Shown: piece by piece, positions 24,901 to 38,267 of the stretch
Position numbering within the stretch: the first letter of the stretch is position 1
Layout: each line of letters opens with the position of its first letter
Assembly (NCBI GenBank): GCA_000934665.2
Contig: KZ538109.1
Span: 62,001-123,924, forward strand
Length of the DNA stretch: 61,924 bases
Source: Catajapyx aquilonaris
Lineage: Eukaryota
Direction: 5' to 3'
Made by a program: the position numbers and the translations under genes
Notes under the pieces: generated by a model
The model's input: only the letters and a program-made list of their open reading frames with translations
What the model was told of the DNA's origin: nothing
Database searches by the model: none

Positions 24901-27439
24901 CGAAATGGGAGTCAACGCAACCGTCAAGTCCTTGGGGTCAATGAGGGCCAAGTCGACCATGTCATCAACAGGGTCTCTAAACAAGGGCGACCCTGGGGCC
25001 GAAAAATCAGATCCCTCAAAACCCGAACCAAGTAACGAACTGACTGTACCGCAAGACACGGCCACAAAGACTCTAATTCTGAAAGGAGAAATGCGATATA
25101 TGGATGAATGGAAAGCAGCGGTGTTCCTATGCAGTCCAGTGTAAGTGATGCGGACAGGAGCGAGAGTAGCGGGTGTGCGCAGCGAGCGCAGCGCAGCATA
25201 CCCTCGCAGCGATGACTTGTCCTGAACAATTTTGCTTATTTTTCAGGATAGGGAGCATCAGCGAGATGGCCGAAATGGGCATATACTTCACTGACCTCAG
25301 CCTCCATGGTCATGGAAGGGAGATGATATTCGCCGGGCAACAGAATGCGACCAAGTGGGTCAATCGAACCTGGATTCAGTGTCTAGAAGACACGATAGCA
25401 AGCGTTGGAATATAGATAATGCCATTGGAGTATATTTTTGGTGATCTCTTTACCCTTTAGGCTTTGGACCTCGTGGTCAAATCAGCTTATTTGGTCACGT
25501 GCACCGTAAAAGCCTGGTCCTTACCCCTTTGACCCATCCTTATCTAAGAGAACTGATAAAACTGAGATTCTGAAATTAGTAATTACAAGAGACTGGTTGT
25601 GTACGATTAACATTTTGAACGAGCTTATTTACAATTTAAAATAGTTGGTATTATTAGCCTTTGCAAGTATATTAGCTGTTTAACTTTCGAATTTAATTGC
25701 TATTTTTGAAATAAGCGTAAATACATAATTATTAACAAAAGACGTCATTTGAAAATAATCTTTATAAACATTTTGCGCCTTTTTTGGTAATGTTCATAAT
25801 ATTATCATGGCAGCTCAGTAAATTATTTTAATTTGATTAGACTTAATTAAAAATTCCCCAGGTAATTCCGTAATTTTAGTAGTGTAATTTGATGCTTGTT
25901 ATAGTCACTAGCACGTAATTCAAGCAGTAGATGCTTTATCCTAGGTCAATCCTAGGTCACGTAGCCTACAGTAATCACACGGCACATGACCTAAGATTAA
26001 ACCAACAGGATAACAATAGGATAGTCGGCTCAGACCTGTCAATAACAATGATCAACTTTCACGACCAATTAATATATAACTCTCTCTCTCTCTCTCTCCC
26101 TTGACCTTTACATTCACCTGATGTCCCCCAGGCTTCACCCTGTGAAACCTCGGTGACCTTTTACCCCCATCAATTTGCTCTAAAGTCTGAGCCGGCCATC
26201 CTAAAGTTATGTGCGAACAGTCCTGTTGGTTTTCGCAGGCTTCAAGTCCTCTACGAGCAAGCAGGTCAAAGGTCAGGGGAGCTGAAACAGAGCTACGATC
26301 TTCTGGACGAATGGAAGAGCAAAGGAGAAGGTCTCCTGTACTCTATGCTTCCACAGTCAATCGCCGAGAGACTCAAATCCGGAGAATGTCCAATGGAGAC
26401 ATGCAAGGTTGGCACCATTTTTGTCAATTAATTATTCGTCATGGACAAAAAAAAGGGTCGGGCTTTTTTCTACATAGTATAGCGACTCCAAACCTGTCCT
26501 GTAATAGGTACAAACTTCTCAACTTTCTTACCCTTGCTTTCACTCCAGAACAGGATACGGGTATAGACGGTATGGAGCACTGCACGAAGTTCACGTGTGG
26601 TGTGCTTGTCACTCAATGACAAGTTGTGAATAAAACATTAAGTGGGACATAGTCATGCAGGCAAAAGTAGGCGATTGGAGTACACTTTTGAAATTTCCAG
26701 ACATTCGACGCAGTGACTATCATGTTCTGCGAAATGATGGACTTCGCCGGTATGGTTGAGCAGAATGCAATGGATGCAGTCACCTCACTCAACACAGTCT
26801 TCTCCGAGTTTGACCGAATCATGGACCGATACACTGTCTACAAAGTGAGCCTTCCTTTCACTCCTTTCAAACCGTACGCTCATGGCATTGTTTAACAGGT
26901 GGAGACAATCGGCAATATTTACATGGCTGTCAGTGGTGCTCCAGATGAGGTGCCAGACCACGCCAAAGATGTTGCTGAAACAGCCTTGGACCTAATCGCA
27001 GCCGTACCTGACATTGACATACCTTCCGGAATGAAAGTGCACATACGAGCAGGTACTCTCGAAGAAATTGGGCGAATGTGGACCATACTGCTCACGATTA
27101 CCCCCTAAATTGCAGGGATCCATTCAGGACCAGTGGTCGCCGGAGTGGTCGGGATGAAAGTGCCTCATTATTGCTTCTTCGGAGACACGGTCAACACCTC
27201 CGCTCGTATGCAGACCACGAGCATGGTGAGCAAACAACAAACAACGAATAGCCTATAACTAAGCCTAACATAAATTGTTGTTATTACAGGTCGACAAGGT
27301 GCACATTTCGTTAAATACTTACAACAGATTGATGGAGTATGAAGACTACTTCGAGACTGAATACAGGGGTACTATTCAGGTCAAAGGGAAGGGGAAGATG
27401 GACACTTATTGGTTGTTGGGAAGGAAAGAGAAGAAGTAA
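21933..27439 (+). CDS. Gyc89Da: Atypical soluble guanylate cyclase, Gyc-89D-like subunit (H-NOX, PAS/HNOBA, cyclase)
   Basis: Exons 21933-21974 ([14 protein letters not shown]), 23269-23668 (DNIH, YRSSR), 24008-24180, 24252-24446, 24875-25140, 25247-25354, 26239-26407 (LLYSMLP), 26701-26844, 26899-27052 (VETIGNIYM), 27116-27225 ([23 protein letters not shown]), 27290-27439 ([12 protein letters not shown]). Confidence 0.88.
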
Positions 27440-28283
27440 TTGCTCATAGGAGTTACACTGCATAGAACACCTCAATGCCTTATTCAGAGTAGTAGGCACT
27501 TGTTCTCTAGGTACATTATTATTGCAATTATTATATCACTGACAAGGTGCGAATATTTGGCTGAACACATCACGTAATGGTAACAAATTTTTCATCGCAT
27601 AATTTCATACAAATTTGCATACCAATTTGATAGATTTGATCAGGTGACCAACAGTGTTGCCGTAGTCGCCTCTAATCAAAGCATGTCCCACCTACATCAA
27701 GAGTAGGCTAATGAACCTGAGCCAATTACATTATATACACACCAAGCCCAAGATCACACAAGTGTTGAACATTCACCATAACAATATCACAAAATCGCAC
27801 GTGCTAATGAGAATCGCCCACTTACATAACCCGCATTGTTCTCTGCTCGGAAAGAAAAAAAAAACACGCAACCCCGCCATTAAATGCTAGAAACATCTTC
27901 ACCTTATTCACTCATGGATGTGGCAGTGAAACTAGTTCCGAGTCCTCACACACACACACACTCACATACTGAAAGGGAAACTACGGAAACTTGGCCCACA
28001 TTTGCACCAATAGTCAGACGCCAGTGACCTTATTCCTCAGGCTTGTTGTAGTTGGTTTTTGTCCAGTGGCGGGTTGGCCATTGGTAACCCCGGATTGAAC
28101 CCGTACCAGCTTCCGGGTTTTATGGGGACAAATGGAGGACTGTGACTGGTCCAATCAGCTGTGTCAAGGATAGACAATTTTTTTTATTTAAAACTTTTAT
28201 TTATTTTTTGAGACGGACTCGCCGGTTGTGCTCAGTGCTGGAGGCGACCAACGCTTCTGTAAAACGTGTCCGAACTGCTAGTT

Positions 28284-30269
28284 ATGTACTTTTTGTGGCC
28301 GATGCTGATCGGGATGTTGGTGTCCTATTCGAATGCAGCCCCCAAGGTAAGGTCAAGCAAGAAAAAAGTGCCTTGTGATTGCATAGAGTGTGCCATGTTG
28401 TTAGAACATAATGACTTGTGTACTGTACAATGATTGTTGCTTACTGTGGGCATTTTAAAAAGTTTCGAGCAATAAACAATGAGCATCATGGATATATTTA
28501 CGAATTTGAAGACCGCACCAAAAGTGAAAGTCAAAGTTTCTCCGCAGCGTTGCAATGTTTTCTAAAAAGAAATTACTGGCACTACCGAAAATCAAACGGT
28601 ACATGACTCATCCTTCATTAGGTACATTTGTTTGAATTATATTGTTTTGATACAAATTTTGTTTCACATTGCCATACCAATGTTCATACAGATTCATAGT
28701 ACTGCAGTGCTATATCTTTTCAGCCACAAGCGTTAGAAGAATTCCTTCGCAATGAGCGACAAATATGCCTGTGTAGTAAGTAATCCCCACTGTATTTATA
28801 CGAAACAAAGTTGATAACATAAGTTGGTTACAGCATGTGGCTTAATAAACAGAGAGCAACGGATAGTCGGGGGTAAGGCCACAGTAGTCAACGCTTACCC
28901 TTGGCTAGTGGCACTGCATTTCCGAAAGAAGTTCTACTGCGGAGGAACTCTTATTAACGACCAGTATGTCATGACTGCAGCACACTGTGTTGACGGGTAA
29001 GTCATCTAACTGTTTTTTTTTGGGTACAGCTTATTTAAGAGTCATATCCGTAGGCTTCCGTACCAGAACATAATCCTGGTTCTGGGTGAGCACGACCAGA
29101 ACACCACGACGGATTCCCAGTCCCTGGAGCGCAACATCGCCGAGGTGGTACGACACCCTCACTTCTCCAGGCGCACCTTTAACAATGACATCGCTCTTCT
29201 GAGGCTGGATCAGCATGTGCCGTTCAGCCAGGAGATCAGCCCGGCCTGCTTGCCCACGCAAGGTCTGAGATATATTCAGTCGACATAAATCTAACGGTAC
29301 TTATGCAAATGGCGGTGGCGAGAGATTATTGTCTCTGCTGGTGCCGGGGTCACTTATTTTGTATTGTTGTTTGTGTATTTACAGATAGGAATTTCGTAGG
29401 GGAGCAGGCAACTGTGGCTGGATGGGGACGGACCTCGGAGAAGGGGTCGCCTTCAAACATACTCAGGGAGGTCACGGTGCCTATTTTCGACAACGACAAG
29501 TGCGTGCAGCAGACCAACTACACCAAGAAGGAGATCACAGAGTTCATGATGTGTGCTGGATACGCGGATGGACAGAAGGATGCCTGTCAGGTATGGGGAG
29601 ATTGATAAATTCCAGACTAGATTTTTAAATAAAACTGAACAAATTAGTCTACACGTATGACCATTTTTACTGCAACGGTGATAAGCATCCCTGGTACACT
29701 ACTGTATGCTATTGCCTAAATAATGGGGTACATGAGACATACCCTACTCTGCGTGTAAGGTTAAACAATGTTAAAAAATAGTGTTTTCTGACTATCTCAC
29801 TACCGATATTTTGAAAGCAATGGTTTTAAAACTCTACCTCCACAGGGTGACAGCGGAGGTCCATTGCATTGGGAAAATGAACAACATCGCAAAGAAGTTA
29901 TTGGCATAGTTTCGTGGGGCCAAGGATGTGCCAGGGCAGGATACCCAGGTATGTCCATATTATGCATATCTGAACTTGTTTTGGGCCAACAATTACATCC
30001 TGTCTAGCACTCTAATAATTGTAATGAAGCAAGAGTTGCTAATTTTGTAACCGATTTAATAATAATAATAATTTTTAAACAATTCAGGTGTGTACACGCG
30101 AATCACAAGGTATCTTCAGTGGATCCGACAAAACACTAAAGACGCCTGTTACTGTGGGAACTCTTCCGAAGAAGAGAGCGAAGAGGAAGAAGAAGACGAC
30201 GACGAAGAGGACGAAATAGAAGACGACGAGGACGACGATTTCATTAAACGATTCTCTCTCTTTGATTAA
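28284..30269 (+). CDS. Secreted trypsin-like S1A serine protease
   Basis: Signal peptide exon 28284-28346. Activation site R|IVGG, TAAHC, DIAL and DACQGDSGGP (Asp189, trypsin specificity). Seven GT-AG exons, stop at 30267-30269. Confidence 0.93.
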
Positions 30270-31706
30270 CGACCCCGCTAGTCCCTTGGAAATTCCAGCG
30301 AGTAAAATAAAAGTGGTAAACGATGAACCAGTTAAAACAGCTTGTTGATATTTTAATATTTCAATTTAGATGTAGAGCCTAGGCCATACCATGCAACTGA
30401 TGCAAGATATTGCAACAATGGACCTCCACATGTTGCAGTTTATCTGGTCATATCTGCTCACACCTTATACACAAAACGGCTTGAATGCGACTGTCTTCTG
30501 CACTTCTCAGAAAAGAAATGCATATACACTGAGAAAAACTATCAGAACTAATACCAAGTAGCCTAGGTGAGTTTATTTGCATAGCCATGGGCATCGGCAT
30601 CTCAAGGATCTTGGGTTTACGTTGTTCATCTTATAGGGTTACACTATGTATACATCATACACTTTTTGCCTCCTGCTCTTTATCATGTACGATCACAACA
30701 TCAGTCATATTTTGGTATATTGCTGCCGTCATCTCCGACAAGGCTATTTCCATGAAGTTTACTACATGCTATCCAGTCCGATCTGGATTATTGTAGTTCA
30801 GCACTGACCTTGGCATATAGAATTACTATTCTGGTACCTATAGCTTGTAATGGTTAGGACTCTGGGATCCTGTTTTTCTCACGTGGATAGAGTCTGGATT
30901 TTTACATTTGTGCCAATTTTTTGTTCGTCAGGCTGATTACTTTGATTCCACGTGCACCATCACTTTAAAATTATGGACTGTAATGTTAAAATTATTAATT
31001 TATTTGCTGCCCCTATTTTTTGATGTCTTTTTGTGAAAATAACCAGTATTAATCGTATTATTTTGTCCTTGCTACATTGCTATGTCAAGGATAGATGAAA
31101 GCGATTAGCAAGATGCAGAGCACATTCGAAGAGGATAAAATAAATTCTCACGACTTTTTTCTCTTGCCACGTGTTCTTGGCATTGCAAAAACCTAAACAG
31201 GATATCTTACTAACAAGGCTTTTATGACAGATAAGGGAGAGAGAAGTTGATTTTTTTTTGCAAACAGAATTTTCTCGCGACTATAAAGCCTCCCTTAATA
31301 ATGGCTCCAACAATATATTATCGGTACTTGCTGTAGGCCTACTTGTATACCGATACTTGAAAAATTACCGGTGTCAGACTGTCAGATTGTCATTGCGTAT
31401 GACGTGAAAAATACTCTACAAGTTTTTTAAAAATAGCCATCTTCTAATCTTGTAGGACAGGTTTCCAGTGCATCCATCAGAGTTGGTATAGACAGGTCTT
31501 AATGTATAATAAAAAGGCACATGTTTCTATGTAGGCTATATCTTTGTTTAATACAACACTCTACAAGGATGGAAATCATTGAAGTACCGGTTATACACGA
31601 TACCTAGAATGAATTAATTCAATTCTTTTTGATGACATCAAAGCGATTCATTCCACAATGGTAAACTTCTTGCCCTATAGTCGTCTTCCAGTAAATTGCA
31701 TTGACA

Positions 31707-33264
31707 TTAAGGACGAAAAGTTTTTGTGAGGTACTCATGTCCTGCCACATCGGGGAGGGGAAGGGTTGGAGTAATTTTATTTGCAACTTTCGTTATACGA
31801 TCCCCCAAATTCTTCTTAAATCCGTACCCAATGAGATCGAAAAGTTCTTGTGAACTGTTATTTATAAATGCTTCGGCTGCTTCTCCTGAAAATTAAAAAC
31901 GCAATATTGATGTTGTGCAACCAACAAACCATCAAACCGTACAAGAAATTTAACAAAAACTTACTGAGGATTGCGTTGTCTTTGTATAGGTTGTTCAAGC
32001 GAATGACTATGTCGCTCGTAACTACGTCCTTCACCAGTCCTTCTAGTTTTATATGGGAATTATCATCAGTCAAGCCGAACTTGCACTGTCCTTTGGCATT
32101 AACTTTTTCTGAAACATTACATGATTGTTAGTACATTAAATTAAACACACGTTACATTGGAGTCAAGTTTCACTTCCTTACAAAAGCACTTTATGTTACG
32201 ACTCGGTGTAAAATGAGGTAATTAATAGGTTTACCTTCTCGCATTAAAACCCCTTGGTGCCAATAACCTATACAAGGTTGTCTGCGAGTCAAGGATGGCC
32301 GATACCCGTCCTAACAACAGGTTACCCCCAAGAGATTTCCTCTTGGTTACGCAAAGTAACATGCACTTGTTCAGACAGCCCATAAAATATAGTCTACAGT
32401 ATACCTGCCCTGGATATAGCAGAAACATGTATGTTGCAAAAAAAACTGCATCATACACAGGAAACCTTTTTTTGGCCGGAAAATTGATAGGAGGTTGTCA
32501 ACAACAAAAATTATTTTTTCCAGCCAAATCTTTCCTTGCCCAATTAATAATATAATTACTTACTCAATCTGGCCCACATGGTTCCTTCCCCTTGGAGCGA
32601 TATGAGAGAGATTCTGGCATCAATCTTGTACTTGGCCTTCATATACAGTTCTGGGAAAAATAACTCCCAGGGAGCTATCCCATTGTCGTAGTCCAATGTC
32701 AGCTTGCGGAGCTCCATATCTTCGAAGCCTCTTATCACAATGTCCCACATGGCCATGTTTATGTAGCTGTTCTCGTTTTGGTAGTCACTTACGGTCACAT
32801 TATCTAGATCCACCTCTGTCATTGGTGGAAGACCGAATTCTGGCAATCCTGAAAAGAAAAGTCACAAAGTGTACAACAAAATACAATTTGTAAAATTTAC
32901 ACTCCTATAGCCATTTAAAATTCGCTTTTTAAAGAGCGAATAGTGGCATAACAAAAGTTAATTTACCAGTTACAAAGTCGGATCTCATCTCATTCACCAG
33001 CTTGATTAAACATGGCTCCAACTTGTCTCGACTCACATCCATACACCGACTGACTACATCATCTGAAAATATTTATGGTTATGGTTATGGTTATGGATAT
33101 TACCACCACAAAAAGCATAAACAGATCATAATATCTCCCCTCTTGGGGACTTGGACAGAATCTTGAGTATAATGTGTTATGATGACCATCTACTGACCTT
33201 TTGGTATGACTGCTGCGAATACTGCGGACACGCTGAGGACCAGAAGACACAGTTGCTGCTTCAT
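31707..33264 (-). CDS. Takeout/JHBP family protein 1
   Basis: Five exons: signal peptide MKQQLCLLVLSVSAVFA, C-x10-C (CMDVSRDKLEPC), GLPEFGLPPM, YKIDARISLISLQGEG, RLNNLYKDNAIL. TATAAA at 33306-33301. Confidence 0.88.
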
Positions 33265-34549
33265 GATGACTCTGTACAGATACCCAGCTTAGGTGCACCA
33301 TTTATACCTCATGCCCAGTTTTTGTTGTGGTTCGAAATTGACGCAACATTCCCAAGCTACGTCATTTCTTAGAAGCATCTGCGGTTGTTGATAGTGACAA
33401 AAAATTGTGCAAGGCCTGATATGTTAATTTTAATTAGAATACCCGCGTGAGTTTTTTGGGATCTTCCTATATGCCAAGGATGGGTTCAGGCGGGGCAGCG
33501 TGCGAAAGGACAGGTCATAAACCTGAAATTTACAACAACCCTGAATTGCGCACTGTTTATTGATGACTAATGCAACAAGACAAAAAAGTAAGCTATGCGT
33601 TTATAACCGGTAGCTATAAACATTTGGTTAGTCTACTTGTAACGGTTACTGAATGTGTAATAGGTGGCAAAATATACATTTAGCACATACAGGCCCTTGA
33701 AATTGAATTTTTAAAAATCTTTCCAGTTATATGCTGCTCTTATCTGAATTTTTGCATACCGTGAATTTAATAGCCATTTAAACCCATAATAGTCAGGTTG
33801 CATAGGTCTCAAGGGGGATCATTATATATATTTTTAAAAACCTTTTATACTTATAATTATTAAGAATCGTGGTTGAGGATCGTGATGTTGTGGCACGTGT
33901 CTGCTTGTTGGTTTTCCACGTAGATATAATTATAGCTTTGTCTTTCTTGATCTTCCAGACAAACATATAGACAAATTATCTGGAAAGGTTTTTCTCACCA
34001 CTACCTATGACGAAATAACCTTAAAAAATTCATTGTTAGGACCGGTTATGGTGGCATGCAACTTCAAAACTATGACGTCAATTCCGGTCGCAAAACATAA
34101 CACGTGCGTCCTTGGCTGCGTAAGCGTATATCAATAAACAAAAACTGTTCCAAAGGTGTTATTACATAGGCTTAGTAATGTCTAGGCCTATATTCCTGCA
34201 CGTGATAGTTTAAGCACCCACCTGCATAAGTATACTGGAACAAGCGACACAAAGAGTACTTTTAAACAAAATAAAATGACCTCTGGCTGTCTTTTGGGAT
34301 GACTCTCCTGGTTCAATGTCCGGTCCTGAGGTTTTACTCTGCAATTTTCTATACAGTATATCTGTGTAGCACAGAAACGGTTTTTCTATACGAATGGGCC
34401 ATGAACCCTGAATAGGCCTACTTTGTTCGTGTCGTACACATGGTCATCATTTCGAGATTGCAACACACGTAGACTATATTGCTGTAGATCACAAAGAATG
34501 GATTGTACTTATAATTATTACCTTTGATTTTATATCATTAATTATATTT

Positions 34550-34831
34550 AATTAATTAATTTACCCCGTGACAGGGCGGAGCCCTTTTAGAGGGGAAGGG
34601 AGGTTCCCGAGGGAGGGCGCTATAATTTCTGACTTTCTGAAATACACCAGACCTTTTCTCCTGGCCCTGGGCAGAGTAGGGAGTGCAATATATTCTGCCC
34701 CGGTATGTCGGATGAAAAGCTGAAAAAGACCCGGCCAAGCAGAGGTGATCCGACGGGGACGAGATTTGAACCCCTGCCTCCCTCTTGGCTGGACAGTGGC
34801 GTAACCACCAGACCATCATGCCTCCCTTTCA
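34550..34831 (-). mobile_element. tRNA-derived SINE
   Basis: Minus-strand A-box-like TGGTCTGGTGG and B-box-like GGTTCAAATCT, AT-rich tail. TSD not clear. Confidence 0.6.
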
Positions 34832-34888
34832 ATCAATTATTATTAAGCGGAATGTTTCAAGCCTGCTACCGTGGTTCACTATCTACAT

Positions 34889-35265
34889 CAGGGCTATTCA
34901 ACTAGCTATGACAGGTCCAGTATTTGCCTTTCCTGGGCCGGTCCGGACCCCCCNCCCCCCCCCTGGTAAAGATATGGATTTTATATGGTACCACAGGGTT
35001 CATTTTTGAAAATATAAACATGTGCAGCAAGGGTAGAAGGGCCTATCAAGACAGGACATGGGGGCTCAAGGTCACACGAGCTTAGGTGAATGTGGGAGAT
35101 TTGAATGGGTGTGTATTTGATGAAATAATTCGCACTTTTTCCAAAAAACCATGAATTAGTAATTTCCAATGATATTTCAAACTGTCCTGTATATCATCGC
35201 GGTCCGGACAAAATTGCGTCGTGGTCCGGATTTTGACCGCGGTCTGCCTGTTTAATATAACCCTG
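34889..35265. mobile_element. hAT-superfamily MITE, complete
   Basis: CAGGG...CCCTG termini and 8-bp TSD ATCTACAT at 34881-34888 and 35266-35273. Second copy at 4264-4718. Confidence 0.88.
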
Positions 35266-35401
35266 ATCTACATCCATAAATTCATGTTAACTTACATTAT
35301 TTAAACAGACACTATTGCATCTTGAAAACCAGAAGATTATGTAACCAGCAATATGAAACAACGGCTGTCAAGTAAGCAGAATGATATTTATTTGACATAT
35401 G

Positions 35402-37026
35402 TTACAGATTGAAGGCTTCCTTCAGGTATTCTTGTCCTGCCAGTTTAGGTAGGGGCACTGTAAGTGCTATTTGGCTTCCCAGATCTGTGACGATGTCACC
35501 CAGGTTCTTTCTCAAGGCAGGATTTATCAGCGCCAAAATTTCTGGGCCATTTTGGTTTATGAAAGCCTCCGCTGCTTCCTCTAAAATATACCAAAGAATA
35601 TTGCGATTAGTATTTTATCCAAGGGAGATCAATAACGAATTGACATAAACATGTATAGGCATAACCATAAATTTCTTTCAGGCTAGTTATTCAATATTGC
35701 AACTGGTGGAAAATATTCGCCACTTACTGAGGATTGGATTGTCTTTGTACAGATTGTTGAGGCGGATGGTTACTTCTTCCACTCCGAATTCTTCAACAGT
35801 TCCCTTAATCGTTAAATGATGGTCATCTCCAACCAGGTCGAAATCGCACATTCCCTTGCCAATCACATTCTCTGAAAGTCACAAGACGAGTGTGCTATAG
35901 GCAGCGAACAAAACACACACAAAAAACCAACATCTTCTCCTGCAATTAATTCTTAGACGTCATATTAATTTTGCAATATATTCAGTAGGCTATATAAAAA
36001 ACTGTGCGCATGTGCAAAAGTGCCTGTGAGAATTCATATATTTTCATTAGCATGAAATTCGCAACTACCTTGACTTCCGAAGAAGATGCATTAACGACAT
36101 ATACCATGCGCAATCTCAAGGCTGCGGTTAAGTGATGGCAGTGAGGAAATACCTATGTCCTGTTAATGCATTCGTACAGTTTAACTTGCACGCAAACAGT
36201 GTAACATGTCCTATCTTGCCATCCTTGACTTTTTATAGCAGAAACTGATTTCACAATAAAATTCTCTGCTAATTGGAAATATTGCATAATATATTGTTTA
36301 GATGTACAGTACGATATAAACATGCTTCCTGAATCATAATAATAAATGTAATAAATTATATATAATTATAATAAATATAATTACTCAATCTGGCCCATAG
36401 AGTTCCTTCTCCTTGGATTGGGATCAGAGACAAGCTGGCATCCACGTTGTACTTGCCCTGCATCAAAATTTCGGGGAAAGATACCTCCCAACGGGCCACT
36501 TTGTTTTCGTAGTCCAGATCAAGGTTATTGAGAGTCATGTCCTCAAATCCCTTCAGCAATATGTCCCACACAGCCAGTCTCAGGTAGTTGTTCTCGTTTT
36601 GGTAATCGCTCACGTTCAAACCCGCCATTTTTAACTCAGTCATTGGCGGAAGCGAAAATTCAGGGATACCTTAAAAAAGTACAGGAGGTCATATATTTTA
36701 CATAATTAATATATGAAATTAAATAATAAAAAATAACTCATTAATAAGTGCAATAATTAGAAAAAAAACTTACCATCCGCAAAATCCTCTCTCATCTCAT
36801 TAACTAGATCAACCAAGCATGACTCCAACTCATCTCTTCCCATATCCATACAGCGATGTATCACCACATCTGGGTTAAATATTACAATATACTCTCATTA
36901 ATTAATACCGTCCAAATCACTTACTCACATTACCTAATGGACAATATTGTCAAAAAATGTACCTGGAGGAACAGCAGCTGAAGAAACAGCCGCAACAAGT
37001 GCCAGGAAATGTACGTGTACCTTCAT
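35402..37026 (-). CDS. Takeout/JHBP family protein 2
   Basis: Five exons: MKVHVHFLALVAAVSSA, CMDMGRDELESC, GIPEFSLPPM, YNVDASLSLIPIQGEG, RLNNLYKDNPIL. TATAAAA upstream. Confidence 0.88.
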
Positions 37027-38021
37027 GTTGTGAACGAGTGGAATCACATGGGCTCACTGTGTTTTGTGTCCTTTTATACCCTATCTTCAAGGTGACAGTG
37101 TTGTCTTACTGTAGCGAATTTACGTAATGAATTTAGTTATTAAGGATCATACCAGCTTTTTGTTGTCAGTGCAATTGACGTCTGATACTTTCCCTGAACA
37201 TGACATTCCTTGATTATGTTCAAGTCAAGGACTACCGGTAGCATTTACTGTAATATCGACTGACGTAACAGTTATGACGATACAGCTTAATGCGGAACTA
37301 AAATATTTTACTAACTCTTTCGAAAATAATTGTGCGAGCTACTAGTGTGCTATCAGACTGTGACATAAACTTATGTCACAGCAGTTCAATGTATCTCATA
37401 CAGGCTAGGCCTGCTGCAATTTAGCACCCTAAAATGACAACAATTATTTATAAGATCAGAATTTAGGAAATTCAATAATAGTTTGTAACTTTGTAGTAGG
37501 CATATATTATGCAATTTCGTTTACTTTTCGCAATACTTCCAATTCAATGCTCATTAGTTATTTAGCTACACGAACACATTTTCAGGTGATAATATATTCA
37601 GTGCCCCATGGCAATTTTTATAGCCGATGACTAAAATGTAAACTAGCCTTTCTTTTTTTCCACAAAAACGAAGGCCTTCCACAAAACCGCGCGTGTCAAA
37701 AAATGTACACTTGATTTTTAACGTGATAATGAACAGGGATCAGTATCTACAAGACGTCATCAGTAACCCTGCTTGCGTTAACATCATTTTGTTTCCAGAC
37801 TTCAATTTCAAGGTCTGCTACTGGTTTTTCTCCTTGACAAAATAAATTTTAATGTGAGAACCTGTCGAGTTCACACATGTCCGGAATGTTACAGTAAAGG
37901 TATAGTACACGTAACAAAATCTCCCAGAACATTCCTGACTCATGCAATGCAATATTAAAAAGAACTGTGTCCTTCATCTAAAGAGAACGTCTGGGGAGTA
38001 ATTGCTGGACTGACGTAAGTG

Positions 38022-38058
<37 letters not shown>

Positions 38059-38267
38059 TCCCTAAGGTCGGTTAAACCAAAGAACGATGTGACGTCACCT
38101 CCCCTAGTCTCTTTCCTCCAATCATATCCTCGAATGGCTCCGCAAGAGTGCGCATGCTCAGAAAACACGGTTTGTGTGACGTCAGCTTGTTCTTTGTCTT
38201 AAATGACTACATTTTACTTCTACAGGCAAGAAATTAAACCACTGCGCAATATGGATTCCTTTTTTTA

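Noticed and set aside
29030..29053. Upstream in-frame acceptor in the protease gene
   Set aside because: It would leave a 33-nt intron, much shorter than other introns here. The acceptor ending at 29053 is preferred.
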